NCBI GenBank assembly: GCA_965217585.1
Contig: OZ244561.1
Span: forward strand, 5,056,001-5,120,000
Reading direction: 5' to 3'
Source: Candidatus Latescibacterota bacterium
Lineage (GTDB): Bacteria; Latescibacterota; UBA2968; UBA8231
DNA: 64,000 bases
Shown here: piece by piece, positions 27,741 through 38,287 of the stretch
Layout: the number at the start of each line of letters is the position of its first letter
Position numbering within the stretch: position 1 is the first letter of the stretch
Program-made: the position numbers and the translations under genes
The notes under the pieces: generated by a model
What the model saw: only the letters and a program-made list of their open reading frames with translations
Database searches by the model: none
Told to the model about the DNA's origin: nothing

Positions 27741-28565
27741 TTATTGACTACAATCCAAGGTCAGGGCAATCAGGGCAGCCTGTTCGGCTGTTTCTGAGAC
27801 TGCCTCCAAGCCCGAATAAAGATTGCTCGTGTAGTAGCTTGTATTCAATGCGGTCCGAAACACATTATAGCGAGCCGCCTGATCTAAGCGGCCAGCTAGC
27901 CCGTACGCGAAGCCGAAAAATTGCGAGGACGGCATTGGGGTACATATTTCGAGATACGCATCAGAAAAGGCCAAGATAGCGCCCCGGTATCCAACGGAAG
28001 CGTCTGGTGCATCCAAAGACAAAATGGCGTCGTTGTAGAAAGCGCAGTTAGCCTTATGCGCGGCAGCGGCGGCTTGCTTGGTTATTTCTTTCCCCGCCGC
28101 GTTAAATCGATCCCAAGCTGGGTAATACTCGTTGCCCCAGATGGCTATTTCCGCTGCGGTTAGACGGTGCATAACACCGGCAGCGTTAAAAAGGTATTTA
28201 CCGACTGCAAAAGCGCCGCTCAACGCGATTTCGTCAATGGGAGTGCCTACTGCGTAGAAAGCCTGTTTGGCATCCATATATTGATCGAAAGCCGCCGCCG
28301 CCTCGGGGCCGAAGATGGTGCGCAAAGAGGCAAAGAGCGAGTCATAGGCAGCATAGGCGACCGAATCGACGACGGCCATGGCAATGGAATCGGCAAGGGT
28401 ATCGGCAACGACTCCGGCTTCCTTGAGATTTTGATAGGCACTTGATGCTTCACGGGCGGCCAAGGCGGCGATTCCCTCGGTGGTACAGTCGGCCGCATTG
28501 CCCTGCGTGGTGTTCGCGCGGTTAGCACACGCAACAAAAGCGATGAGAAGAACAAAGCGACTCAT
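27741..28565 (-). CDS. Hypothetical helical lipoprotein
   Basis: MSRFVLLIAFVAC lipobox-like signal; Ala-rich. Confidence 0.65.
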   Translation of the reverse strand: MSRFVLLIAFVACANRANTTQGNAADCTTEGIAALAAREASSAYQNLKEAGVVADTLADSIAMAVVDSVAYAAYDSLFASLRTIFGPEAAAAFDQYMDAKQAFYAVGTPIDEIALSGAFAVGKYLFNAAGVMHRLTAAEIAIWGNEYYPAWDRFNAAGKEITKQAAAAAHKANCAFYNDAILSLDAPDASVGYRGAILAFSDAYLEICTPMPSSQFFGFAYGLAGRLDQAARYNVFRTALNTSYYTSNLYSGLEAVSETAEQAALIALTLDCSQ

Positions 28566-28580
28566 CTAACAAACCCCTCA

Positions 28581-30821
28581 CTACCAGGCGAACAGGAAGT
28601 TGCCGGTGTGCTCCGTGAAGTAGTCGATGACGAGCCAGAGGCCGAGGGTCAGCATCTGACCGGCGATCATCCCGAGGAAAAACCCCTGAGTACGGTGGTA
28701 GAAGTTGACGCCTCCGTAGCGGAGGATGATGACCTTGATGAGCCAGGCGACGAACACGCTGGTAATGATGTGGGGCATCAGGTCCACGGCCGCGACCGGG
28801 AAGCCGATCGGGTGGAGGGGCCACCAGGGCAGGCGGTGGCGAGCCCAGTACAGCAGGGCCATGATGCCGCCGCCGCCGAACAGGAAGCCGATGCCCGGCC
28901 AGTAGATGCCGGCAGGTTTTAGGTTGCGCACAGCGTTGTCGTAGGCGACCGCCGGTCCCGCCTTGAAGAACCAATAATCGAGGTTGACGCCGCCGTAGCG
29001 GTAGGCGACGTGGAAGATCATCCAGAACGAGCCCAGCGTCCCGATCAGCAGGGCGAGGATGAGAGCTAGGAAGACCAGCCGCCGGCTGCGCGCATCCATA
29101 TCCTCGATCAGCTTGAGGGCGTTCGTGCAGGTCGCCATGGCGAACGACCGGACCTCGCCGGCCCAGATGTAGGCCATGGACATGTTGAACACGCCGGTGG
29201 GACCGACGATAGATGAACCGAGACCCATGACGACGAAGTCGGGGGCGTTGACGGGCGTCCGCAGCGTCGCCAGCCCGGCTTCGGCGATGATCCGGGTGAT
29301 GCCGATAAAGATCATCATGGCCAGGACGATGAAGAAGAGGGAGACCCCCAGCGGTGTGCCCATGATCCACAGCCACAGGGTCATGACCGCGATCCCCCCG
29401 AGGGTGCCGATCACGGCGCCGCGGTAGGAGAGGATCTCGTCCCGGTCGTCGACCAGGGGCGCCCGGCCCAGGGCCTTGAGCCAGACCGCCTTCAGATGCT
29501 CGCGGGCCGTCCACAGCACCCCCGCGACCAGCACCAGCAGGGCGCCCAGCCCCTCGTAGCCGACCAGGGGTGCGTCGGGGACGCCGTGGAAGTGCACCTG
29601 CTCCGATTTGACCCCGGCGATCGCCAGCGCGCTCTTCTGGATCCTGCCGAGCAGGTAGAACACCCACACGCTGCCCGATATCCTCGTGTCGATGAGGTAG
29701 GTGAAGCCGGTCAGGGCGAAGTTGACCTTGCCGCCCAGGTACGGTATCGGCAGGTGCATGGACATCATGGGAATGGAGACGTTGTAGCTCCACATCGCCC
29801 TCAGGCTGCCGGCGATGAACGGGATGGCCATGCCGATCCACACCGACCGACGCTTGAAGAAACCGTTCACCAGACCCTTCTCGTCCTCGCCGCGGATCAT
29901 GGCCAGACCGACTTGAGCGATTGGATAGCTCAGCCGCTCCCGCTCCATCCACTGGCGCCGCAGGATCACGGCGATCGAGATCATGCAGACGTACAGCGCC
30001 AGCAGGAAGACGGCCCACCACATCAACGGCTCGACCCAGGTGCCGTAGGGGATGCTCTGGCCGGGCTCGGAAATGCCCTCGTAAAACAGGGTGTTCCCGG
30101 CCCCGTCGTCGACTAGGATGTCGTGCTCGGGAAAGTGGGGGAAGAGCTTCTCCCGCCATTGATTCTCCGGCGAAGCGTAGTAGAAGATGGCGGTGAGAGA
30201 GGGCAGGATCACCTCGGTCAGGCCCATCGTGCACACGGCCGAGACCATCGCCAGCATGGCGTACACCATGATCAGTTCGGCACGGTTGAGGGCCAGGCTG
30301 CGGCCGGACCAGACCAGCGGCACGTTGCCGAGGGCGCAGATCAGCGCGAAGGTGGAGAAGATCAGCCCGGGCGAATGCGCATCGACATCGCTCAAGGGCC
30401 AGTAGGCGTAGAGCCAGGCAGCCCCCACCGCCAGGGCGAAAGCGAGGGCTGTGCCCCTGCTGCGTGCGGCCAGCTTGAAGGCGAGGTTGAGGAATCCGAT
30501 CAGCACGACGAAGACGAAAATGGCCCCCGGGGTGCTGATGTCGGCGGACACGTAGGCACCCTTGATGACCATGTTGCTGTAGGGGGCGCTGATGGCGAGG
30601 AAGAAGCTCAGGCAGCCCCCCACGAAGAACCCCCGCCACGTCAGGCGGTGGCGCGATTCGAGGAGGGGCTCGGAGCGCGACCGCAGGTACTGGCGGTAGA
30701 TCGGGGCGATTTCCTTTTTCACGGGCGGCGCGTCAGTGGGTGAGGGCGGAGACCGGCCTCCCGCCAGGGTTGCCCCGCCCGAACGGACCCGAGGTTGGAG
30801 CGATGATGGCGGCGCTCTCAC
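28581..30821 (-). CDS. Multi-pass membrane protein, DUF6785-like (putative peptide/oligosaccharide permease); start may be ~30722
   Basis: Many TM helices; RRQWMERERLSYPIAQV and WWPLHPIGF motifs. Confidence 0.75.
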   Translation of the reverse strand: MRAPPSSLQPRVRSGGATLAGGRSPPSPTDAPPVKKEIAPIYRQYLRSRSEPLLESRHRLTWRGFFVGGCLSFFLAISAPYSNMVIKGAYVSADISTPGAIFVFVVLIGFLNLAFKLAARSRGTALAFALAVGAAWLYAYWPLSDVDAHSPGLIFSTFALICALGNVPLVWSGRSLALNRAELIMVYAMLAMVSAVCTMGLTEVILPSLTAIFYYASPENQWREKLFPHFPEHDILVDDGAGNTLFYEGISEPGQSIPYGTWVEPLMWWAVFLLALYVCMISIAVILRRQWMERERLSYPIAQVGLAMIRGEDEKGLVNGFFKRRSVWIGMAIPFIAGSLRAMWSYNVSIPMMSMHLPIPYLGGKVNFALTGFTYLIDTRISGSVWVFYLLGRIQKSALAIAGVKSEQVHFHGVPDAPLVGYEGLGALLVLVAGVLWTAREHLKAVWLKALGRAPLVDDRDEILSYRGAVIGTLGGIAVMTLWLWIMGTPLGVSLFFIVLAMMIFIGITRIIAEAGLATLRTPVNAPDFVVMGLGSSIVGPTGVFNMSMAYIWAGEVRSFAMATCTNALKLIEDMDARSRRLVFLALILALLIGTLGSFWMIFHVAYRYGGVNLDYWFFKAGPAVAYDNAVRNLKPAGIYWPGIGFLFGGGGIMALLYWARHRLPWWPLHPIGFPVAAVDLMPHIITSVFVAWLIKVIILRYGGVNFYHRTQGFFLGMIAGQMLTLGLWLVIDYFTEHTGNFLFAW

Positions 30822-30842
30822 GATCCGCCTCGGTCGATCGCA

Positions 30843-32549
30843 TCACTGTTCCTCTTGTACCAGGGTTCTCAGGTTCTCTTCGTGGATCTTGACCTGGGGC
30901 TCGTACTGGCGCCGCAGTTCGCCCAGGAATTGGAAGAAGGCCGCATCGCGCTTCTGGCGCAGGACTATGGCCCAGGCTCGAGTCGCGACCTCGGCGAAGG
31001 GCTGGGGGCTGCCTCCGAGGATTGACTCGACGACCCTGAACACGGAATAGTAGCGGTCTGCTGACGCCGCACCACCGAGAGTCGCGACCTGGCGGGCCGG
31101 CACCTCCACTTCGATGGGGCCCAGCAGGTCGCCCGGCGCGGCTTCCTGTGCGGCTTCAAACAGGGCTTGGTGCGCTTCTCTCTGGTACCAATGGAGGTGG
31201 AATCTCCCGCTGTCTGGCATGGCCATGCGCCGCAGGGTGTGCTGCTGTGCCAGGACCCGCAGATCCTCACCGCGCTCAATCCGGTCCCGGAGCGCGACCG
31301 CTTCTTCGCGTGTCGCGACCAGGATTTCGTCCAGAGTCAGGGCCTCCTTTGGGATGAAATACCGCGGATTCTGGGCATAGAAGCGCCGCGCCTCGGCGTC
31401 GTTCACTTGGACGGCGCCCGTCACCTTCTTCCTGATGACCGCCAGCAGGCGTTCCTCTTCCCTGGCTTGGCGCCAGGCGACCATCTCCCGCTCGCGGTCG
31501 ATTCCGGCCTTGTGAGCGGCCTGCATGGCCAGCGCCCGGGGGACCAGCACGGACTCGGCAAACCGCCGCACCTGCTCTTGCACATCTCCCGAGAACTCCC
31601 GGTAGTTCTCCCGGGCCGCGTCGACGAACTCTCCCACCGTAACGGTGCCGCCGTCGAACTCGTAGAGTACCGTGCCGCGCTCCACCTCGGAGAACGTGTG
31701 TCCCTCGCTCTCCAGACGCGCGGCGAGAAACTCGATACCGTCTTCTCGGGGACGCAGGTCCAGAACTTCCAGCAGTTCCCGGCCAAGCTCCATGGATCGG
31801 AAGCCGGCCTTCTCCCGGTGGAGCTCGGCCTCCACCACACTCCGCACCCGTTCGAGGGGAACAGGAACCTCGACCACGACCTGGAACACGCCGTAGGTGC
31901 CGCCCGGCAGGGGTATGGGTTCGGTGATCTGACCCTTCTTGAGGGGAAAGACCTTTTCCTGCATGACGGGCAGGGGCATCTGGTCCTTGGTGGCGTACCC
32001 GGCGTAGCGGCCGCCCTGTTCCGCCGTCGGACGGTGGATCGAGCGCTGCCGCGCCAACTCCCCGAAGTCGGCGCCGCCCTGCAACAGGCGCACGATCACC
32101 TCGGCCTCTTCCCTGCTCTCGACCACGATCTTGGCCGCCTTGACCGCGCGGTTCCGTCCGGTCTTCAGGTAGTGGTCGTGGATTTCCTGATCTTCGAGCG
32201 CGATCTTCGCGTCCACTTCCCGGGCCAAGAACTCGTTCACCAGCCGTTCGGTCCATTCGCGCTCCAGCTTGCGGCGCAGGTCGGGGTCGCGGTCCCATCC
32301 CCGCGCTGCCGCTTCCTGAATGAGGATCTCCTTGTCGATCAGGGCCTGCAGATGCTGCCGTCGGCCTTCAATGCCCGCCTCCTTGGACCTCAGGCTTTCC
32401 GCCAGGCGCTCCTCGAAGCGGCGCAACTGCGCTGTGTGAATGCGGGTCTCTCCCACCTCGGCCAGCACCGGGCCATGGGCGTCTTCCCCACAACCGGACA
32501 GGACCGCCCCCAGAGCTAGGACCAGCACCGATGTCGCAGGTCCCATCAC
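30843..32549 (-). CDS. PpiC/parvulin-type peptidylprolyl isomerase lipoprotein with two PPIase domains
   Basis: LSGC lipobox; GADFGELARQRS...GG and GEDLRVLAQQHT; SurA/PrsA-like helical segments. Confidence 0.8.
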   Translation of the reverse strand: MMGPATSVLVLALGAVLSGCGEDAHGPVLAEVGETRIHTAQLRRFEERLAESLRSKEAGIEGRRQHLQALIDKEILIQEAAARGWDRDPDLRRKLEREWTERLVNEFLAREVDAKIALEDQEIHDHYLKTGRNRAVKAAKIVVESREEAEVIVRLLQGGADFGELARQRSIHRPTAEQGGRYAGYATKDQMPLPVMQEKVFPLKKGQITEPIPLPGGTYGVFQVVVEVPVPLERVRSVVEAELHREKAGFRSMELGRELLEVLDLRPREDGIEFLAARLESEGHTFSEVERGTVLYEFDGGTVTVGEFVDAARENYREFSGDVQEQVRRFAESVLVPRALAMQAAHKAGIDREREMVAWRQAREEERLLAVIRKKVTGAVQVNDAEARRFYAQNPRYFIPKEALTLDEILVATREEAVALRDRIERGEDLRVLAQQHTLRRMAMPDSGRFHLHWYQREAHQALFEAAQEAAPGDLLGPIEVEVPARQVATLGGAASADRYYSVFRVVESILGGSPQPFAEVATRAWAIVLRQKRDAAFFQFLGELRRQYEPQVKIHEENLRTLVQEEQ

Positions 32550-35449
32550 TCTCTCAATCCGGTGTATACGGTGAAATAGGACAGACCGCTGGTCTCCGAC
32601 CGGCCTTTGTGGGCGAAGGTGTCGATCTTCCGGCGGTCCACCCGCATTCCAATCGTCGCCATAAGCCGGTATCCCACATAGCTGGTGGCATTGGTCAGCT
32701 GCAGAGCGAGGGATAGCTCATTGAAATCGCCGGTGGGATCGCCCCGGTTCAGGCCGGCCACCGGGTCGTCTTCGAACGCCACCTCCTCCTGCGCGAAGTC
32801 GCGGAAGATGACCTGCTCCAGGCCGACGATCACCCTGCTGTGTCTCAATACCGGGATGTCCAGTTGCAGGGAGGCCATGCCGGCCCACTCCTTGCGCTCG
32901 AAGACCCGGTCGTTCAGAAGCCACTCCGTGTTGAACGGCGTATCGTCCATGAACAGCTCGTGCTTGACGCGCGGACGGAGTTGGATTCCGTTGCCCAGAG
33001 GCCAAAGCCAATCCAGCTTGTTGATCACACCGAGCCGCCGGGTGTGCTGCGAGATCTTCCGGCCCTTCCGGTCCACGGTGAGCTTCTCCCGCTGCCGCAG
33101 CACCTCATAGATTAGCTTGTTCTCGGAGTTGATGCCGGCATTGCCCTGGTGCTCGAAGACCAGGGATAGCTTGTTGACCCAGGTATTCGGCAGGCCCAGC
33201 GGATCCGGGATCGGGGTCATGCCCGCGTCCCTGAACCTTCCGTGCAGCCATTGGAAGAGGTCGTCGGCGATGTCGTCCTCGACCCGCTTCAGCATGTTGT
33301 AGACCGTCAGCTCGCCCACGCCGGGATAACTGCGCTCGAAGGCGAAAAGGGCATAGCTGCTCACGTTGGTCTCGCCGGTTGAGGGACGGCGCACCCGCTG
33401 GTGGCCCGCGGTGACCTTGGCGTCCGGCATGATCCACGCACCGCCGTACACGTTGAATCCGCGGCGATCGCGCTTGTAGGGGTAGTCGGGTTCGTTGTCG
33501 TTCTCGAAACGGTCCCCCCAGCCGTTGTTGTTCATGTCGATGCCGAAGAGATACTCGGGCCGGTCCACGCTGTAGCGCAGGAAAGGCTCGGCGTAGTCGG
33601 GCACATTGTTGGGCCGCACTCGGGTGTTGTTCTGGTTGAAATCGGAGATGAAATCGTTGTTCTCGTCGAGGCCGGGAAAAACCGCCTCGTCCGCGTACCC
33701 CTTGAACCCGCGCAGGATGCCGGTGCCCCGTTCCTCTTGTGTCCGGCCGTCGTCGAATATGCGCTGCTGGTCGTTCTTGCGGTCGTTGTCGTCGTTGTCG
33801 TCGACTAAGTCGTAGAGGTAGCGGGAATTGGCCAGAGGCGTGTCCGCGTAGTTGACCCGGCCCGCCGAGTCGAGGAACCGCATGGTGGTCGAGTATTCGG
33901 CGTCCATGCTGAAGGCCTCGCCGAAGAGGTAGTACGGATAGAAATCCCTGGCCACGTTGACCATCCACCCTGCGGCGGAGGGATTTCCCCGAATGCCCGA
34001 TGAGGTGGTGTGGGTGGTCCGGCTTACGTCGGGGTACTTGCGGTACTGGTGGTTCACGTTGAACTCGCCGTAGAGCCTGAACCCGGCCAGATCGTCGGCC
34101 TCCACCGTAAAGCCGAGGACCTGGCCGGCGGTGGGCAGTCCGTAGTCAAAGACCACGGCGCCCAGGTTGGAATGGTCCTTCACATTCCCCGGCGCCCGCA
34201 CCATGGTCCTGAACACCGGGCGCGGTTCGTAGAGGGCGTTGTCGGTCTGCTGGTCGGAAGTGACTTCGACCTTGTAGTCGTTGCTCAGGACCATCCGGAA
34301 CCGGACCTTCCTGATGTTGTTGATCACATCGGCTAGGGGCACCGCCGTTTCCAGATCGTCGCGGACCGCCGGGTCCGGATCCGCCAGCACGTAGTCCAGT
34401 CGGATCCGCGCCAGTTCGCCGTCGCCTTCGGCTGCCAGGAAGCCATCCCGAGAGACGCCTCCCGAAACCCTCGGATAGAAGCCGATCTGGCTGCCCACCA
34501 GCACCGTGTCCAGCTCTCCTACCCGGGTCGCGATCTCGATCTCGTGGGCGAAGAGGGCGGGACCTGACTCGCCGTCTTCCGGGGAATCGTCGGTAATCCG
34601 CACGGTGATCCGGTTGATGCGCGCGCCCGCCTGGTGGGAGCTCAGCCTGCCGGTGTATGGACTCCCGTCGAAGGGCTTGGTCGAGCTCCGCGCGTTGTGC
34701 GCGTTCACGAAGGTGCCGCCGAGGCGCGCGAAGTCGGCCACGTTCCAGACGGCCCGGAGACCGACGAGAGTGGTGAATTCGTCGATGAAACTGGACGTTG
34801 GCTCGACCAGCGGGACATTGATTCTGGACATGAGGGCAGTGGCCGAGCCGTGATCCGACATGTAGTCGAACTGGACCCCGTTGAAGGCCGTCTTCCGCAA
34901 GGTCATGGGCGTCAGGGTCGTGCTGATCTCGTCGCCGATGCTCACGCGGAAATGGTGCTGCCCCTTGGCGTCCGAAGAGACCACGAGGGAGCCGAGAAGG
35001 TTCTTGTACTGTTCGGTCTTGTGGAGCAGATTCCCCTCAGAGGTCCGGGGCCGGCTCTGCTGCCAGTCGTAGATCAGCCAGCCTCGGGTCAGGAGCCTGC
35101 CGTAGAGATCGTAGTGATAGTCGCCCTCCTGATCGGTGGCTAGGTAAGGCCAGTAGCGCTCGAGGGCATAGTTGGTCCCCTCCTCCCACCGCCAGCGGTA
35201 GCGGTTGGCGGCCTCCTGGGGCAGGTACCATTTCTTGAGGGATGGAACGAAGGCGTCCGGGCGCAGGCTGGGAGCCGCCGGGTAGTAGATCGCCCGGCCG
35301 CTCTCGCGGATTCCGAGGAGATTCCCGTAGCCCGACTGGGGCGCGCCGGGCTCGACGCCCAACGCGACCGCCAGCCCGACGAGGATGAGGATTCGGGACC
35401 CGGGCGGCCCGGGCCGCCCGGTGCGCGCTTCGGAGGGCTCGTCCATCAC
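32546..35449 (-). CDS. Large exported protein, putative outer-membrane beta-barrel with Ca-binding Asp/Asn motifs (paralog 2)
   Basis: Signal peptide; DDNDDND, DENNDFISDFNQN, DMNNNG; amphipathic beta C-terminus. Confidence 0.65.
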   Translation of the reverse strand: MMDEPSEARTGRPGPPGSRILILVGLAVALGVEPGAPQSGYGNLLGIRESGRAIYYPAAPSLRPDAFVPSLKKWYLPQEAANRYRWRWEEGTNYALERYWPYLATDQEGDYHYDLYGRLLTRGWLIYDWQQSRPRTSEGNLLHKTEQYKNLLGSLVVSSDAKGQHHFRVSIGDEISTTLTPMTLRKTAFNGVQFDYMSDHGSATALMSRINVPLVEPTSSFIDEFTTLVGLRAVWNVADFARLGGTFVNAHNARSSTKPFDGSPYTGRLSSHQAGARINRITVRITDDSPEDGESGPALFAHEIEIATRVGELDTVLVGSQIGFYPRVSGGVSRDGFLAAEGDGELARIRLDYVLADPDPAVRDDLETAVPLADVINNIRKVRFRMVLSNDYKVEVTSDQQTDNALYEPRPVFRTMVRAPGNVKDHSNLGAVVFDYGLPTAGQVLGFTVEADDLAGFRLYGEFNVNHQYRKYPDVSRTTHTTSSGIRGNPSAAGWMVNVARDFYPYYLFGEAFSMDAEYSTTMRFLDSAGRVNYADTPLANSRYLYDLVDDNDDNDRKNDQQRIFDDGRTQEERGTGILRGFKGYADEAVFPGLDENNDFISDFNQNNTRVRPNNVPDYAEPFLRYSVDRPEYLFGIDMNNNGWGDRFENDNEPDYPYKRDRRGFNVYGGAWIMPDAKVTAGHQRVRRPSTGETNVSSYALFAFERSYPGVGELTVYNMLKRVEDDIADDLFQWLHGRFRDAGMTPIPDPLGLPNTWVNKLSLVFEHQGNAGINSENKLIYEVLRQREKLTVDRKGRKISQHTRRLGVINKLDWLWPLGNGIQLRPRVKHELFMDDTPFNTEWLLNDRVFERKEWAGMASLQLDIPVLRHSRVIVGLEQVIFRDFAQEEVAFEDDPVAGLNRGDPTGDFNELSLALQLTNATSYVGYRLMATIGMRVDRRKIDTFAHKGRSETSGLSYFTVYTGLRE

Positions 35450-38250
35450 AGTCCAGCATAGACGGTTATGAAGGTGGTGCTCAATTCGCGGCCCCGGTCT
35501 TCCTTCACCGACTCTCCTAGGTCACCGGCGGCAATGAACTCGTCCCAGACCCGGGTGTACATGATGCCGAACCGGGTGGTCAGGGTATAGCCTTGGTATT
35601 CCCGGACGTTGGACCACTGGGCGGCCAGCACCAGGCTGCGGGAGTCCCCCGTGGCCCCCACCCGGTTGGCGGCGAGGGCCTCCTTCTCGTCCAGCATCAG
35701 ATCCGCAACCCGGTGGTACTCCAGCCCGGCCTCGAGAGACGACGCCTTCAACATGGGATGCCGCAGCAGCAGGATGCCTGTTCCCGTCCACTCCTGGCGC
35801 TCGTCGCCGCCCAGGATGAACGGCGTCTGGTTCAGGTACTCGCTCTTGATCTTGGGTTGGACCTCCAGGCCGCGGACGCGGTAGGTGTAATCCGCTTTGT
35901 TGATGAGCCCGAAGAAGTGGGTGCGATCCTCGAGGACGGGGCCGACGCCCCGCTCGTAGGCATCTCCCTGCTGAGCATACAGGTCGTACTTGATCTTGGT
36001 AATCGTCTTCAGCTCGCCGACCGGGCGATAATCCAGCTCCAGGTAGGTCGAGTTCACCCAGGTGTCGCGGGCCGGGAGCAGGTCCTCGATGTTGGCCAGG
36101 TTGCCGGTGGCCAGACCGAGGTAAGGAGTCATCTCCCGGCGGTCGTCGGGTATGGTGTCCCTGGTCCGCTTGAGCATGTCGTAGACCCGAACTGCGCCGA
36201 ACCGGGGATCGTCGTGGGTGAAGGCGACCAGCCCGTAGGTCGTGTGGTTCTTGCGATCGGAAGACAACGAGCTGACCCGCAGGTGCCCCAGGGCGGCCCT
36301 GATGGCGGGCGTTGCGAAAGCGCCGCCGTAAACGTTGTACCCCCGCTGGTCCTTCTTGTAGGGGTAGTCGGCCAGATCGTCGTTCTCGAAGCGGTCCACC
36401 CAGTTGTTGTTGTTCAGGTCGATGCCGAAGAGGAACTCGGGCCGGTCCGAATGGTAGCGGAAGAAGGGCTCCTCGTAGTCGGGGATGCGATTCGGCAGAA
36501 TGGCGCTGTCGTTCTGATTGAAGTCCGACACGAAGTCGATGTTCTCGTCCCATCCCGGGAACACGTTGGCATCACCGGAGCCCTGCTCAAACCGGGCCCA
36601 GTCGGAAAACCGGTCCTGGTCGTCATTGTCCTCGACGAACTCGTAGAGGTGCCGGGCCGAATGGTCGTAGAGGACGTCCCCCTGGCTGTCTACGAGGTAC
36701 GCCGTGGTGGAGTAGTCGGGGTCCATGCTGAAGGCCTCTCCGAAGGCGAAGAACGGATAGGCCACCTTCGACACATTGACGATCAACGCCTCTGCCTCCC
36801 TCGAATAGCTGGACAGAGCGCGGTCTGCTTGGGCCAGGCTGGGGTTGGGGAACTGGTGGTAGGACCGGCTGATGGCCAGTTCGGCGTAGGCATCAAGACC
36901 CATCACATCCTTGACGTCTATGGTGAATCCATAGACCATGTTCGCCGTGGGCAAGCCGTATTCGAAGACGAGCCGGGTCTGGTTGGAGTTGTCCGACACA
37001 TTGCCCTCGGCCCGGGCCACCTCGAAGAGCGCCGGCGCCAGCTCGTCGATATCTTCGCCGCTGAGCGGCAGGTTGGGCATGGGGCGCAATCCGGTCTGAC
37101 GGTCGGACCATACCTCGATGCGGTAGTCGTTGGCCACCACCAGATCGAAGGTGATCTTCGTGATGGTGTTCGGACGCGGCCCGGTGTAGGCGATGTCGTT
37201 GAGGTCGTAACTGATTACGATCTTCTCGTCCCCGTCCGCGCTCTGGAAGCCCTCGTGGTGGAATCCGCCGCTGACCACGGGCCACGCGGCCGGATCGGTC
37301 ACCATCGCCCGCTGGCGGATCTCCTCCCGCCTCCCGGTGGCCGGATCCTCCGTGGTTATGATGATCTCGTGCGAGAACAGGGCCGCGCCGGCCACGCCGT
37401 CCTCCGGTGAATCGTCGCTCAGAACAAGGGCCAGGCCGCCCACCGGGACCGCCCCCTGGTTGGCAGCCAGCGTGCCTTTGAGCGGGTTTCGCTCGAAAGC
37501 GTCCTCGAAGGTCTGGGAGTTGTGGGCGTTGACCAGAGTCGCCCCCACTTCCACGAAGTCCCCAACCTCGGCGACGACCCGCCCCCCCATCAGGTTGGTG
37601 CCATTGGTCACCGTCACGGGCGCGTTCTTGGGCGTGGTACCTGCGACGGCAAAGCTGATCCGGGAAAAGAGCAGCGTGCCGCGGTACTTGTCCGAGGCGA
37701 AGTCCATCTGTATGCCGTTGAAGTTGGGCTTGGAGAAGGTAAGCGGCGTCAACGCCGTTCTGATCTGATTCCCGGCCGTTATGGCATAGTGAAACTGGCC
37801 CCTCGAATCCGAGCTCACCAGGACGCTGTTGAACCAGCCGGCGAACCTGGGATCCTTGTAGAGCGAGGAACCAAACTGCCCGGGCTGGTTCTGGTTCCAG
37901 TCGTAGACCAGCCACCCCCGGGTCAGGTAGTTGCCGTAGAGATCGTAGAAGGGGTCGCCCTCGCGGTCGGTGTTTACGTACCGCTGGTACTGTTCGCGGG
38001 CATAGTTGGAGTACTCCCACTGCTGCCAGCCGTACAGCTCGTACAGCTCATGTGGCACATACCACTTCTTGAGGGCCGGATCTAGGGCGTCGAAGATGAC
38101 CCCAGGTCCCCTCGGTTCATAGGTTATCTCCCCCCCTCGCCGCTCTCCGAGACGCCGGACGGAGGACTGACCGCACACCTCGGATGCCTGAAGTGTGGCG
38201 ATGAGCACGAACGCGATCAGCACTCCCGCCGCCTTGCCGGTCGTCAACAT
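35446..38250 (-). CDS. Large exported protein, putative outer-membrane beta-barrel (paralog 1)
   Basis: Shares KKWY.P.E, YDLYG..LTRGWL.YDW, DDSPEDG, YGLPTA and RPE.LFGID with its neighbour. Confidence 0.65.
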   Translation of the reverse strand: MLTTGKAAGVLIAFVLIATLQASEVCGQSSVRRLGERRGGEITYEPRGPGVIFDALDPALKKWYVPHELYELYGWQQWEYSNYAREQYQRYVNTDREGDPFYDLYGNYLTRGWLVYDWNQNQPGQFGSSLYKDPRFAGWFNSVLVSSDSRGQFHYAITAGNQIRTALTPLTFSKPNFNGIQMDFASDKYRGTLLFSRISFAVAGTTPKNAPVTVTNGTNLMGGRVVAEVGDFVEVGATLVNAHNSQTFEDAFERNPLKGTLAANQGAVPVGGLALVLSDDSPEDGVAGAALFSHEIIITTEDPATGRREEIRQRAMVTDPAAWPVVSGGFHHEGFQSADGDEKIVISYDLNDIAYTGPRPNTITKITFDLVVANDYRIEVWSDRQTGLRPMPNLPLSGEDIDELAPALFEVARAEGNVSDNSNQTRLVFEYGLPTANMVYGFTIDVKDVMGLDAYAELAISRSYHQFPNPSLAQADRALSSYSREAEALIVNVSKVAYPFFAFGEAFSMDPDYSTTAYLVDSQGDVLYDHSARHLYEFVEDNDDQDRFSDWARFEQGSGDANVFPGWDENIDFVSDFNQNDSAILPNRIPDYEEPFFRYHSDRPEFLFGIDLNNNNWVDRFENDDLADYPYKKDQRGYNVYGGAFATPAIRAALGHLRVSSLSSDRKNHTTYGLVAFTHDDPRFGAVRVYDMLKRTRDTIPDDRREMTPYLGLATGNLANIEDLLPARDTWVNSTYLELDYRPVGELKTITKIKYDLYAQQGDAYERGVGPVLEDRTHFFGLINKADYTYRVRGLEVQPKIKSEYLNQTPFILGGDERQEWTGTGILLLRHPMLKASSLEAGLEYHRVADLMLDEKEALAANRVGATGDSRSLVLAAQWSNVREYQGYTLTTRFGIMYTRVWDEFIAAGDLGESVKEDRGRELSTTFITVYAGL

Positions 38251-38287
38251 GGAGAGGCCCTCTCTCGGTGAAATCGCCGGACCAGTT